A stretch of 64,000 bases of DNA from an uncultured Gemmatimonadales bacterium. GTDB lineage: Bacteria > Gemmatimonadota > Gemmatimonadetes > Longimicrobiales > RSA9. Where the stretch lies: contig CAWFKH010000003.1 in NCBI GenBank assembly GCA_963816355.1, positions 800,001 through 864,000 of the forward strand, in the 5' to 3' direction. The notes under the pieces are model-generated. The model searched no databases and had not been told where the DNA came from. It saw nothing but the letters and a program-made list of their open reading frames with translations. Below, in pieces: positions 7,788-17,897 of the stretch. How positions within the stretch are numbered: position 1 is the stretch's first letter; the number at the start of each line of letters is the position of its first letter. The translations under genes and the position numbers were made by a program.

Positions 7788-10190
7788 GTGAACATCGGCT
7801 ACCGCTGGCTCACGGACCTGCTCGACGGCCTCACCGCCTCGCCGGCCGAGGTCGCCGACCGCCTCGCCGCCTCCGGCGCGCCCGTCGACGACATCGTCGA
7901 CCTCGGCGCCGGCCTCGCCGGCATCGTCGTCGCCCGCGTCGACGACGTCCGCCGCCATCCCAACGCCGACCGCCTCTCGCTCTGCGTCGTGGACGCCGGC
8001 GGGCCCGAGCCGCTCTCCGTCGTCTGCGGCGCCCCCAACGTCCGTGCCGGCGGCCTCTATCCGTTCGCTCCCGTCGGCGCTGCGCTGCCGGGCGGCATGT
8101 GCATCGGAAGAGCCAAGATTCGAGGTGAGGTGAGCGAAGGTATGTTGTGCAGCGAGAGCGAGTTGGAGCTCGGCCACTCGCACGATGGCCTGCTCGAGAT
8201 CGCCGGCGACGCTGCGCCCGGCACGCGCTTCGTCGAAGCGCTGGGCCTCGACGACGCGCGCCTCGTCGTCGACGTGACGGCGAACCGTCCGGACCTGCTC
8301 TCGCACGCCGGCGTGGCGCGGGAGCTGGCGGCGTTCGACCTCGGCCGCTTGCGGCTGCCGGAGGGGGAGCGCTCGCTGCGGCTGGAGGCGGGGAAGTCGG
8401 AGTCGCGGGCCGCGGGTGTGAGCGTGCGGATCGAGGCGCCGGACCTGTGCCCGCGCTACCTTGGCGCCGTGGTGCGGGGCGTCCGCGTGGGTGCCTCGCC
8501 GGACTGGCTGCGGGGGCGGCTGCGCTCGATCGGGGTGCGGCCGATCAACAACGTGGTGGACGCGACGAACTACGTCCTGCACGAGTTGGGGCAGCCGCTG
8601 CACGCGTTCGATCTGGCGCGGCTGCGCGGGGAGCAGATCGTGGTGCGGCGCGCACGCGGGGGCGAGTCGCTGGTGACGCTGGACGGAGAGCGGCGCGCGC
8701 TGACGGATTCGATGCTGGTGATCGCGGACGCGGAGCGTGCCGTGGCCGTGGCGGGCGTCATGGGCGGCGAGGATTCCGAGGTGCGCCCGGAGACCACGGA
8801 TCTGCTGATCGAGTGCGCGCTCTTCGAACCGCGCTCGGTGCGTGCGACCCGGCGCTCGCTCGGGCTCTCGACGGACGCCAGCTACCGCTACGAGCGCGGG
8901 GTCGACCCGGAGGGAATGGAGCGGGCGCTGCGGCGCGCGGTCGAGCTGATCGGCCGCACGGCCGGCGGCGAAGCGGCGGCGAGCGTGGCGGACGCACAGC
9001 CGCGGCCGTGGACGGCGGCGCGGGTGCCGCTCCGGCCGGAGCGCGCCGCGCACCTGCTGGGAGTGCCACTCAGCGAGGGGGAAGTGGTGGCGCGCCTGGC
9101 CGCGCTCGGCTTCGACCGCGTGGAGGCGGACGGCTCCGATCCGCCGCTCTTCCGTGTACCCGGCAGCCGCTCCTACGACGTGACGCGCGAGGTCGACCTG
9201 ATCGAGGAGGTCGCGCGCCACCACGGCTACGAGTCTTTCCCGGACGAGCTGCGGCCGTTCCGGCCGAGCGCCGTGCCGGATGACGAGATGGCGCGACTGG
9301 AGGATCGCCTGCGCGCGCTGTTCGTGGGCCGCGGCTTTCTCGAGGCGCATCTCGGCGGCCTCGCGCCGGAGTCGGAAGGTGACGTCGCCCTGGTGCTCCC
9401 ACTCTCCTCCGCGGAGAGCCGGCTGCGCCGCGCGCTGCTGCCGGGCCTGATTCACCGCGTGGAGCACAATTTCGCCCGCGGCACGGGCGACGTGCGACTC
9501 TTCGAGATCGGCACCGCGTTCGCGCCTGGGGAGACGCTGCCGCTCGAGACGCGTCGTCTCGCAGTGGTCCTGGCGGGAGCGCGACGGCCGCCGCACTGGA
9601 GCGGACCGGCCCCTGCCTTCGACGTGTGGGACGCGAGCGGCCTGCTCGCGGAGCTGGCCGAGACGCTCGGTCTGGAGCCGCCGGCGCCGGCCGGCGCCGC
9701 GGCCGATCTCCCCGCCTACCTCGACGCACCACGCGCCTACACCGTGGCCGGTCCGTCGGTGGGGGTGGCGCCGGTCGCGCTCGCGGGCCCGATCGCCGCG
9801 GCCGCGATCGACGCGCCGCGCTGGGCGCCGGCGGTCTACGGTCTCGAGGTCGTGCTCACGCCTGCGATGGCCGAGCGGCCGCACGCGCGCTACCGGCCGC
9901 TGCCGGAGTACCCGGCGATCGAGCGCGACCTGGCGCTGCTCGTGCCGGCCGGCGTGAGCGCGGCCGTGGTCGAGGAGACGATCCGCGAGGCGGCCGGCGA
10001 CCTGCTCGAGGCGGTGCACCCCTTCGACCTCTACACCGGGGCCGGCGTGGCGGCGGGACGGCGCAGCATCGCCTACCGACTGCGGCTGCGATCGGCCGAA
10101 CGCACCCTCACGGACGAGGAGGCCGATGGCAGGATCGGACGCGTCCTCAGGGCGCTCGAGGAGCGACTCGATGTCGGCCGACGCGAATAG
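7788..10190 (+). CDS. pheT: Phenylalanine--tRNA ligase beta subunit
   Basis: HPNADRL, VVCGAPN, SEGMLCS, NRPDLLS, INNVVDATNY, RYERGVD, FDX-ACB end. Confidence 0.97.
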   Translation: MNIGYRWLTDLLDGLTASPAEVADRLAASGAPVDDIVDLGAGLAGIVVARVDDVRRHPNADRLSLCVVDAGGPEPLSVVCGAPNVRAGGLYPFAPVGAALPGGMCIGRAKIRGEVSEGMLCSESELELGHSHDGLLEIAGDAAPGTRFVEALGLDDARLVVDVTANRPDLLSHAGVARELAAFDLGRLRLPEGERSLRLEAGKSESRAAGVSVRIEAPDLCPRYLGAVVRGVRVGASPDWLRGRLRSIGVRPINNVVDATNYVLHELGQPLHAFDLARLRGEQIVVRRARGGESLVTLDGERRALTDSMLVIADAERAVAVAGVMGGEDSEVRPETTDLLIECALFEPRSVRATRRSLGLSTDASYRYERGVDPEGMERALRRAVELIGRTAGGEAAASVADAQPRPWTAARVPLRPERAAHLLGVPLSEGEVVARLAALGFDRVEADGSDPPLFRVPGSRSYDVTREVDLIEEVARHHGYESFPDELRPFRPSAVPDDEMARLEDRLRALFVGRGFLEAHLGGLAPESEGDVALVLPLSSAESRLRRALLPGLIHRVEHNFARGTGDVRLFEIGTAFAPGETLPLETRRLAVVLAGARRPPHWSGPAPAFDVWDASGLLAELAETLGLEPPAPAGAAADLPAYLDAPRAYTVAGPSVGVAPVALAGPIAAAAIDAPRWAPAVYGLEVVLTPAMAERPHARYRPLPEYPAIERDLALLVPAGVSAAVVEETIREAAGDLLEAVHPFDLYTGAGVAAGRRSIAYRLRLRSAERTLTDEEADGRIGRVLRALEERLDVGRRE

Positions 10191-10497
10191 CCCCCCAGAG
10201 CGCGCGGGGGCGCCAGGCGGCGGCGCCGAATGGGACCGGCTCGAGCTGAGCGCCCGTCGCCTGCTCCAGGAGCATGCCGACTTCCGCCGCCGCGCGCGCC
10301 GCGCCGAAGCCCGCGTCGGCGAGCTCGAGGGCGCCCTGCGCGAGGTCGCCCACGGTACGATCGACCCGGTCGACCTGCAGAAGCGCTTGCAGAACGCAGA
10401 GCGCGAGAACACCGAGCTGCGGCGCCGCCTGAGCGAGGCGCGTGAACGCGTGCGCCGGATCATCGCGCGGCTGCGCTTCCTGGACGAGAGCCGCTGA
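10171..10497 (+). CDS. Coiled-coil protein, ZapB-like
   Basis: Heptad-rich (LQKRLQNAERENTELRRRL...VRRIIARL); lies between pheT and zapA. Confidence 0.55.
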   Translation: MSADANSPPERAGAPGGGAEWDRLELSARRLLQEHADFRRRARRAEARVGELEGALREVAHGTIDPVDLQKRLQNAERENTELRRRLSEARERVRRIIARLRFLDESR

Positions 10498-10512
10498 GCG
10501 CCGGAGGCGACG

Positions 10513-10830
10513 ATGAGCGACGGGGAGAAAAACAGCGTCACGGTCACGATCGCCGGCGACCCGTACACGATCCGCACCGAGGCGAGCGCCGAGCACGCGC
10601 GCGCGTGCGCTTCGCTGGTCGACGAGGCGATCACCGACGTGCTCGGCCGTGGCGCGCTCGTCGAGGCGCACAAGGCGGCGATCCTCGCGGCGCTTTCCAT
10701 CGCCGACCAGCTCCTGCGCGAGCGCGGCACCGCCGAATCGGAACGCGACCACCGGGACCGTCTGGCGGGGCGCCTCGCCTCCGACCTCGAGGCGGCGCTG
10801 CGGGCGGACGATCTTGCATCCGGTGCTTGA
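10513..10830 (+). CDS. zapA: Cell division protein ZapA
   Basis: VTVTIAGDPYTI...ILAALSIADQL; synteny. Confidence 0.85.
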   Translation: MSDGEKNSVTVTIAGDPYTIRTEASAEHARACASLVDEAITDVLGRGALVEAHKAAILAALSIADQLLRERGTAESERDHRDRLAGRLASDLEAALRADDLASGA

Positions 10831-10945
10831 CCCCGGATACCTTCCAACATGCGGAACGCCGTGCCGGACGCGTGTTTCCAGCGCTCTCCGGACGGGTGAC
10901 GAATCGCATCGCCTGCCGTAGGCGCCCCCGCGCGCCTTTCTCGGA

Positions 10946-12517
10946 GTGAACATGGTGATTTGGGTCGTAGCGGTCGTGGCGGCAGCCGCGTCCGCCATTC
11001 TCGGCTTCCTGCTCGGCCGGCGGGGGGAGCGTCTGCGACAGCGACGCGCCCGCGCCACCGCCGAGGAGGAGGGGGAGCGCCTGCGCCGTGACGCCGAGGC
11101 GGACGCGGAGCGAATCCGCCAGGCCGCCACCCTGCAGGGGAAGGAAGAGGCGTTCCGGGCGCGGGAGGAATGGGAGCGCGAGGAGGTGCGGCGGCGCGAA
11201 GAGGTGGAGCGCCAGGAACACCGTCTCGAGGAGCGCCAGTCCGGCCTCGACCGCAAGTTCGACGTGCTCGGTGAAAGGGAGCACGCCCTCGAGGCGCGCG
11301 AACGGACGCTGGAGGAGCGCTCCGCGGAGCTCGACCGCGCCACGGACGAGCAGAGGGGCCTGCGCGAGGAGGCGCGGCGTCGTCTGGAGACGGTGGCCGC
11401 AATGACCGCCGACGAGGCGCGGCGGCAACTGGTCCACGACATCGAGGACGAGGCCCGGGCGGACGCGGCCAACACCGTGCGCGAGATTCGCGAGAGCGCG
11501 AAACGGGAGGCGGAGCGGGAAGCACGCAACATCGTCTCGCTCGCCATTCAGCGCATCGCCGCCGACCACACGGCCGAGAGCACGGTCTCCGTGGTGAGTC
11601 TGCCGTCCGACGAGATGAAGGGCCGCATCATCGGCCGCGAGGGCCGCAACATCCGCGCGTTCGAGCAGGCGACCGGCATCGACGTGATCATCGACGACAC
11701 GCCCGAGGCGGTGATCCTCTCCGGCTTCGACCCGATCCGACGCGAGACGGCGCGCTTCGCGCTGGAGCGGCTGATCGCCGACGGCCGCATCCATCCCGGC
11801 CGCATCGAGGAGGTGGTCGAGAAGAGCCGCAAGGAGGTCGAGGAGTCGATGATCCAGAACGCCGAAGAGATCCTTTACGAGCTCGGCGTCCACGGCATCG
11901 CCCCGGATGTGGTGAAGGTGCTCGCCCGCCTCAAGTACCGCACCTCCTACGGCCAGAACCAGCTCCAGCACGCCAAGGAGGTGGCGATCCTTGCGGGCAA
12001 CATGGCCAGCGAGCTCGGCCTCGACGCCACCCTCGCCCGCCGCATGGGCATCCTCCACGACGTCGGCAAGGGCCTCACCCACGAGCACGAGGGGACGCAC
12101 GTCGAACTCGGCTGGGAGCTGTGCCGCAAGTTCGGCGAGCCGGAGCCGGTGCTCAACGCGATCCGCGCCCACCACGACGAGGAGCCGCACCGCTTCCCCG
12201 AGACGTTTCTCGTCACCGCCGCCGACGCGATCAGCGGTTCCCGCCCGGGCGCGCGGCGCGAGATGTTCGAGACCTACGTGAAGCGGCTGGAAAAGCTCGA
12301 GGCGATCGCGCAGGGCTTCGAGGGCGTGGACCGCTGCTTCGCGATCCAGGCCGGCCGCGAGGTGCGCGTCATGGTCAACCCGGAGCGCCTCGACGACGCG
12401 GCCATGGCGAGCCTGAGCGAGCAGATCGCCCGTCGTCTCGAAGAGGAGCTGCAGTACCCCGGCCAGATCAAGGTCGTGGTCATCCGTGAGACGCGCGCCA
12501 TCGACTTCGCGCGCTGA
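10946..12517 (+). CDS. rny: Ribonuclease Y
   Basis: N-terminal TM, coiled coil, KH (KGRIIGREGRNIR), HD (HDVGK, ADAISGSRPGAR). Confidence 0.97.
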   Translation: MNMVIWVVAVVAAAASAILGFLLGRRGERLRQRRARATAEEEGERLRRDAEADAERIRQAATLQGKEEAFRAREEWEREEVRRREEVERQEHRLEERQSGLDRKFDVLGEREHALEARERTLEERSAELDRATDEQRGLREEARRRLETVAAMTADEARRQLVHDIEDEARADAANTVREIRESAKREAEREARNIVSLAIQRIAADHTAESTVSVVSLPSDEMKGRIIGREGRNIRAFEQATGIDVIIDDTPEAVILSGFDPIRRETARFALERLIADGRIHPGRIEEVVEKSRKEVEESMIQNAEEILYELGVHGIAPDVVKVLARLKYRTSYGQNQLQHAKEVAILAGNMASELGLDATLARRMGILHDVGKGLTHEHEGTHVELGWELCRKFGEPEPVLNAIRAHHDEEPHRFPETFLVTAADAISGSRPGARREMFETYVKRLEKLEAIAQGFEGVDRCFAIQAGREVRVMVNPERLDDAAMASLSEQIARRLEEELQYPGQIKVVVIRETRAIDFAR

Positions 12518-12524
12518 GATCGCG

Positions 12525-13802
12525 ATGCCGTACGACCTCTTCAGCAGCGCCCCGGCTCCCGCGGACGAGCCGATCACCCGCGTCGAGCAGACGCGGGCGC
12601 TGAGCGTCTCCGCCGTCAACGCGCTCGCGCGCCGACTGCTCGAAGAGGGCCTCCCTCCGCTCTGGGTCAGCGGCGAAGTCACGGGCTGGAAGCGGCACGG
12701 AGGGTCGGGTCACTGCTACTTCACGCTGCGCGACGCCGACGCGCAGCTCCGCTGCGTGCTCTTCCGTGCCGACGCGGCACGGCTTCCCACCGATCCCGAG
12801 GAAGGGATGCACGTGCGCGCCCTCGGCGGCCTGACGCTGTACGAGCGGCGCGGCGATTACCAGATGGTGGTCCGCCGCATCGAGGGCGACGGCGGCGACG
12901 GCCTGTGGCGTCTCGCCTTCGACCGCCTGCGACGTCGCCTCGAGGAGGAGGGCGCGCTCGCCGCCGCACGCAAGCGCCCCCTGCCTCGCTGCCCCGTCGC
13001 GCTCGGCGTCGTCACGTCGCCGGTCGGCGCCGTCTTCCACGACATCCGCCACGTCGTCGAGCGCCGTGCCCCGTGGACGCGCCTGATCCTCTCTCCCGCC
13101 CGCGTGCAGGGCGACGGCGCCGCCGCCGAGATCGCGGCCGCCATTGCGCGACTCGCCGGCTCCGGCCTCGTCGACGTGCTCGTCGTCGGCCGCGGTGGCG
13201 GATCCGTGGAGGACCTGTGGCCGTTCAACGAGGAGGCCGTCGCGCGTGCCATTCTCGCCTCGGCGGTGCCCGTGATCAGCGCCGTCGGCCACGAGACGGA
13301 CGTGACGATCGCCGACCTGGTCGCCGACGTGCGGGCGCCGACCCCGTCGGCCGCCGCCGAGCTCGCGGTCCTCGACCGGGACGCCGTCCAGCGTGAGCTC
13401 GACGCGACCGAATTGCGCATGCGCTCCCTTCTCGCCGGCCGCGTCGTGGAGCGGCGGCGGCGGCTCGAGAGCGCGGGCGAGCGGCTTTCCGGCGCGATCC
13501 GCCGCGTGGTCGAGCGCCGCGCCCATCGGCTCGGTGCGCTCGCCGGACGGCTGGAGGCGCTCTCCCCCCTCGCGGCGCTGGGCAGGGGCTACGCGGTGCC
13601 GCTCGACGGCGCCGGCCGCCTGCTGCGCTCGGCATCCGCCTTCCACGACGGCGACGACTTCCGCCTGCGCGTCGTCGACGGCAGCGTGTCGTGCCGCGTG
13701 CACGGCGCTCCGGTCGTGGACGCGGCGGGCGGCGCCCCGGCCGCCGGCAACGGGGCGGACTCCGCTGGCGGCACCTCGCGCGACGGTGAGGGCGAGCGAT
13801 GA
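12525..13802 (+). CDS. xseA: Exodeoxyribonuclease VII large subunit
   Basis: SGHCYFTL, GRGGGSVEDLWPFNEE, SAVGHETD, RAPTPSAAAE. Confidence 0.95.
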   Translation: MPYDLFSSAPAPADEPITRVEQTRALSVSAVNALARRLLEEGLPPLWVSGEVTGWKRHGGSGHCYFTLRDADAQLRCVLFRADAARLPTDPEEGMHVRALGGLTLYERRGDYQMVVRRIEGDGGDGLWRLAFDRLRRRLEEEGALAAARKRPLPRCPVALGVVTSPVGAVFHDIRHVVERRAPWTRLILSPARVQGDGAAAEIAAAIARLAGSGLVDVLVVGRGGGSVEDLWPFNEEAVARAILASAVPVISAVGHETDVTIADLVADVRAPTPSAAAELAVLDRDAVQRELDATELRMRSLLAGRVVERRRRLESAGERLSGAIRRVVERRAHRLGALAGRLEALSPLAALGRGYAVPLDGAGRLLRSASAFHDGDDFRLRVVDGSVSCRVHGAPVVDAAGGAPAAGNGADSAGGTSRDGEGER

Positions 13803-14032
13803 GTGAGGACGGGCCCACGCTCGAGCAGCGCCTGCGGCGCCTGGACGACATCGTCGCCCGCCTGGAGGGCTCCGACCTCGAGATCGACGACGCCCTCGCG
13901 CTCTTCGAGGAGGGCGTCGCCCACCTGCGTGAGGCGCGCCGCATCGTCCGCGACTCGGAGCTTCGCATCGAACGGCTCCTCACCGACGCGCGGGGCGACG
14001 CCGTCGTGGAGCCGCTCGACGACGAGCCGTGA
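13799..14032 (+). CDS. xseB: Exodeoxyribonuclease VII small subunit
   Basis: LDDIVARLE...ALALFEEGV; synteny. Confidence 0.93.
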   Translation: MSEDGPTLEQRLRRLDDIVARLEGSDLEIDDALALFEEGVAHLREARRIVRDSELRIERLLTDARGDAVVEPLDDEP

Positions 14033-14973
14033 GCGCGGCGGCCGAAGCGGCGACCGCGGAGATCGAGCGGGACCTCGCGGCCATCGACGCCGTGCTCGCG
14101 GGCTGGATGGAGCATCGGCTGGCCGGGTGGCCCGCCGTGCTCGCGCTTCCGGCGCGACACGCGCTCGAGTCCGGCGGCAAGCGGCTCCGCCCCCTCTTCT
14201 GCCTCGCGGCCTACCGCGCCGTGAGAGCGGCCGAGAACGTCCCCCGCGCGGCGGTCGCCCTCGCCTGCTCGATCGAGTTGATCCACACCTATTCGCTGGT
14301 GCACGACGACCTCCCCTGCATGGACGACGCGGCGCTGCGCCGTGGCCGCACGACCCCCCACCGCGTATACGGCGCGGCGCCGGCCGCGCTGGCGGGAGCC
14401 GGCCTGATCGGCGAGGCGTTCCTGCTGCTGGACGAGGCCGCCCGCGAGCTCGGCCTCGGCGCCCATGTCCGCGCGGCGCTCGCGCGCGAGCTGGCCGCCG
14501 GCGCCGGCGCGGCGGGGATGGTGGGCGGGCAGGTCCTCGATCTCGCCGCCGAAGGGCGCCGACCCGCGCACGGCTCGCCGCATGCGGCTTCCTCGGAGCT
14601 CGCCGAGCTGACCGCCATCCACCGGCGCAAGACGGGAGCGCTGCTCGTGGCGGCCGTCCGGATCGGGGCTCGCGCGGGCGGAGGCGGGGATGCGGCGCTC
14701 GCCGCGATGACCCGCTACGGGGCCGCGATCGGACTTGCATTTCAGATCACGGATGATCTATTGGACGTGACGGAAGCGCCGGCGGTCACGGGAAAGTCGG
14801 GAGGCGACGCGGGGCGGGCGAAGGCCACCTTTCCCGCGCTGCTCGGCGTCGCCGAAGCGCGGCGTCGTGCGGAGGAGGAACTGGACCGGGGCGTGCTTGC
14901 GCTGGGCGCGGCGGACCTCGAGACACCGGCGCTTCGCGTGCTCGCGCGGCGCGCCGTGCGGCGTGATCGCTGA
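14029..14973 (+). CDS. ispA: Polyprenyl (farnesyl/geranylgeranyl) diphosphate synthase
   Basis: GGKRLRP, SLVHDDLPCMD, RRG, GMVGGQ, KTG, FQITDDLLD. Confidence 0.9.
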   Translation: MSAAAEAATAEIERDLAAIDAVLAGWMEHRLAGWPAVLALPARHALESGGKRLRPLFCLAAYRAVRAAENVPRAAVALACSIELIHTYSLVHDDLPCMDDAALRRGRTTPHRVYGAAPAALAGAGLIGEAFLLLDEAARELGLGAHVRAALARELAAGAGAAGMVGGQVLDLAAEGRRPAHGSPHAASSELAELTAIHRRKTGALLVAAVRIGARAGGGGDAALAAMTRYGAAIGLAFQITDDLLDVTEAPAVTGKSGGDAGRAKATFPALLGVAEARRRAEEELDRGVLALGAADLETPALRVLARRAVRRDR

Positions 14974-14990
14974 AGAAGGGGAGGCGGGAA

Positions 14991-16892
14991 GTGTCCTTGC
15001 TGGACGGCATTCAGGGCGGGGAGGACATCCGGCGGCTGGAGCAGGCGCAGCTGCGCGATCTCTCGCGCGAGGTGCGCGAGCGGCTGATCGATGTGATCAG
15101 CCAGGTCGGCGGCCACTTCGCGCCCGGCCTCGGCGTCGTCGAGCTTACCGTCGCGCTCCACTACGTGCTCGACACGCCGCGCGACCGCATCGTGTGGGAC
15201 GTGGGCCACCAGGGTTATCCGCACAAGATCCTCACCGGCCGCAACGCCCGCCTCGGCACGATCCGGCAGAAGGACGGCCTCTCCGGTTTCCTGCGCCGCG
15301 ACGAGTCCGCATACGACACGTTCGGCGCCGGTCACGCGGCCACCTCGATCTCCGCGGCGCTCGGCATGGCGACGGCGCGCGACCTGAAGGGCGAGGACTA
15401 CAAGGTCGCCGCCGTGATCGGCGACGGCGCCATGACCTGCGGCCTCGCCTACGAGGCCCTCAACAACGCCGGCCACACGCACCGCGACCTGATCGTCGTC
15501 CTGAACGACAACGAGATGTCGATCTCGCCGAACGTCGGCGCGATGCACAAGTACCTGACGCGGCTCTCCACCAACCCGATCTACAACCGGCTGCGCGAGG
15601 AGCTGAAGAGCGTGCTGCAGCGCAGCCCCTCGGGCGTCGAGGAGTGGGCGATCAAGCTGGAGGAGAGCGTAAAGAACATGCTCGTCCCGGGCACCCTCTT
15701 CGAGGAGCTCGGCTTCCGCTACTTCGGTCCGGTCGACGGCCACGACGTCGACGCCCTGGTGGACGTGCTGCGCAAGGTGCGCCGCATGAAGGGCCCCCGT
15801 CTCGTGCACGTCGTCACGCGGAAGGGGAAGGGTTTCGCGCTCGCCGAGCAGAACCCGGTCGTGTGGCACGGCGCCACGCCGTTCGACAAGATCAGCGGCG
15901 AGATCACCAAGAAGAAGGGCGGCCACCCCGCCTACACCAAGGTCTTCGGCGCCGCCCTCGTCGAGCTCGGCGCACGCCACGAGGACCTCGTCGTCATCAC
16001 CGCGGCGATGCCGACCGGCACCGGCACGGGCGCCTTCGGCGACGCGTACCCGGAGCGCTACTTCGACGTCGGCATCGCGGAAGGCCACGGCGTCACCTTC
16101 GCCGCGGGACTCGCCGCAGAGGGGCTGCGTCCGGTCGCGGCGATCTACTCCACCTTCCTGCAGCGCGGCTACGACTCGATCATCCACGACGTGGCGATTC
16201 AGAAGCTTCCGGTCGTCTTCGCGATGGATCGCGCGGGCCTGGTCGGCAACGACGGCCCGACGCACATGGGCCTCTACGACATCGCCTATCTGCTCGCGGT
16301 ACCGAACATGACCGTCACCGCGCCGAAGGATGGCGCGGAGATGGCGGCGCTGCTGCGCCTCGGCGTCGAGTGGTCGGACGGCCCCTTCTCGCTGCGCTAC
16401 CCGCGCGACAGCGTGCCGTCGGCGGTGCCGCCGCTCGCGCAGATCGAGCCGGTCGCCTACGGCAGCTGGGAGGTGCTGCGCCGCGGCCGCGGCCTGGCGC
16501 TCCTCGCCGTCGGCACGATGGTGCTCCCGGCGCTCGAGGCGGCCGAGACGCTCGCCGCCGACGGCCTCGACGCGAGCGTCGTCAACTGCCGGTTCCTCAA
16601 GCCGTACGACCGCGACGTGCTCGCCTGGGTGCGGGCGACCCATCAGGCGGTGCTGAGCGTCGAGGAAGGCACCGTCGTCAACGGCTTCGGCGCGATGATG
16701 GCCCGCATCCTCGAAACCGAGGCTCCCGTGCCGGCGATCGAGGTTATGGGCGTGCCGGACCGGATCGTCGAGCACGCCACGCGCGCGCAACAGCTCGAAG
16801 AGGTCGGCCTCACCCCCGCAAGGATCGCCGAGCGCGCCCGCTTCCTCGCCGCCAGGGGCGGCGTCGAGCCGATGCGCGAGCTGGCGGGATGA
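14991..16892 (+). CDS. dxs: 1-deoxy-D-xylulose-5-phosphate synthase
   Basis: WDVGHQGYPHK, GDGAMTCG..YEALNN, YSTFLQR, DGPTH. Confidence 0.97.
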   Translation: MSLLDGIQGGEDIRRLEQAQLRDLSREVRERLIDVISQVGGHFAPGLGVVELTVALHYVLDTPRDRIVWDVGHQGYPHKILTGRNARLGTIRQKDGLSGFLRRDESAYDTFGAGHAATSISAALGMATARDLKGEDYKVAAVIGDGAMTCGLAYEALNNAGHTHRDLIVVLNDNEMSISPNVGAMHKYLTRLSTNPIYNRLREELKSVLQRSPSGVEEWAIKLEESVKNMLVPGTLFEELGFRYFGPVDGHDVDALVDVLRKVRRMKGPRLVHVVTRKGKGFALAEQNPVVWHGATPFDKISGEITKKKGGHPAYTKVFGAALVELGARHEDLVVITAAMPTGTGTGAFGDAYPERYFDVGIAEGHGVTFAAGLAAEGLRPVAAIYSTFLQRGYDSIIHDVAIQKLPVVFAMDRAGLVGNDGPTHMGLYDIAYLLAVPNMTVTAPKDGAEMAALLRLGVEWSDGPFSLRYPRDSVPSAVPPLAQIEPVAYGSWEVLRRGRGLALLAVGTMVLPALEAAETLAADGLDASVVNCRFLKPYDRDVLAWVRATHQAVLSVEEGTVVNGFGAMMARILETEAPVPAIEVMGVPDRIVEHATRAQQLEEVGLTPARIAERARFLAARGGVEPMRELAG

Positions 16893-17791
16893 GCGCTGCG
16901 TCCGCCGCGCCGCGTCGAGTGGGCGTCGTCGCACGTACCCACGACGAGCGCGTCGAGCCTTCCATCGCCTCGCTGCGGCGCGCGGCGGCGCGGCACGGCT
17001 TCGCGCTCTTCGCTGAAGCCGGACTGGCCGAGCGGCTCGGCGGCGAGCCGCTGGGTGAGGGCGGAGCGGGCGCCGAGCGGCTCGACCTCCTCGTCACCCT
17101 GGGCGGCGACGGTACGCTGCTCCGCGGCGCGCGCGGGGTCGCCCACCTCGAGATCCCGATCCTCGGCGTCAACGTCGGCCACCTCGGCTTTCTCACATCC
17201 ACGACCCCCTCCGGGCTCGACGACGCGCTCGATCGGATCGCCGCCGGCGACTACATCCTCGACCGCCGGATGACGCTCGAGGCGTGGGTGCACACGGACG
17301 GCGACGATGCTCCGCCGCGCTTCGTCGCCCTCAACGACGCCGTGCTGCACAAGGGCGGCTTCGCTCGCATGCTGCGGATCTCGCTTCACATCGGCGACGA
17401 CGGCGAGGAGATCGGCAGCTACAGCGCCGATGGGTTGATCTTCTCCACACCCACCGGCTCGACCGCCTACTCGCTCTCGGCCGGCGGACCGATCGTGGCG
17501 CCGACCGTCGACTGCATCCTCGCGACGCCGATCTGTCCGCACACGCTCGCCGTGCGGCCGCTCGTGCTTCCCGCCTCTTCGGTGCTCACCGTCGAGTTCC
17601 TGTCGCCGACGGAGGGGCTGATCCTCACGGTGGATGGTCAGGACGGCGGCGCCCTGACGGCGGCGGATCGCATCTCCTTCCGCAGCGGCGAGCCGCGCGT
17701 GCCGCTCGTTCGCTTTCCCGGCCAGACCTTCTTCTCGACGCTGCGGCGGAAGCTGAACTGGGGCATCGAGCGGGGAGAGAATCGCTCGTAG
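16889..17791 (+). CDS. nadK: NAD kinase
   Basis: LGGDGTLL, GHLGFL, LND, DGLIFSTPTGSTAYSLSAGG. Confidence 0.95.
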   Translation: MSAASAAPRRVGVVARTHDERVEPSIASLRRAAARHGFALFAEAGLAERLGGEPLGEGGAGAERLDLLVTLGGDGTLLRGARGVAHLEIPILGVNVGHLGFLTSTTPSGLDDALDRIAAGDYILDRRMTLEAWVHTDGDDAPPRFVALNDAVLHKGGFARMLRISLHIGDDGEEIGSYSADGLIFSTPTGSTAYSLSAGGPIVAPTVDCILATPICPHTLAVRPLVLPASSVLTVEFLSPTEGLILTVDGQDGGALTAADRISFRSGEPRVPLVRFPGQTFFSTLRRKLNWGIERGENRS

Positions 17792-17861
17792 GACGCTCTC
17801 CGTTTCGTGCGTCGTCGCCGCTCGGCGGCCCCCCAGCGTCTCGCGCCGTCGCCTCCAGCTA

Positions 17862-17891
17862 TTGAACCGCCCGTCGGCCGGTCGGTATACT
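17862..17891 (+). promoter_or_regulatory. Sigma70 promoter of recN, probably leaderless
   Basis: TTGAAC-18 nt-TATACT, then 6 nt to ATG with no SD. Confidence 0.6.
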
Positions 17892-17897
17892 CCCGCA

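Noticed and set aside
10831..10945. 6S RNA after zapA
   Set aside because: The spacer is only 115 nt and I see no long closing stem with a central bubble
7602..11525. Very long antisense or alternate-frame ORFs (1307 aa here; others at 48360-51422 and 55548-58358)
   Set aside because: Shadow ORFs of high-GC coding DNA, with biased low-complexity composition and no recognisable domains
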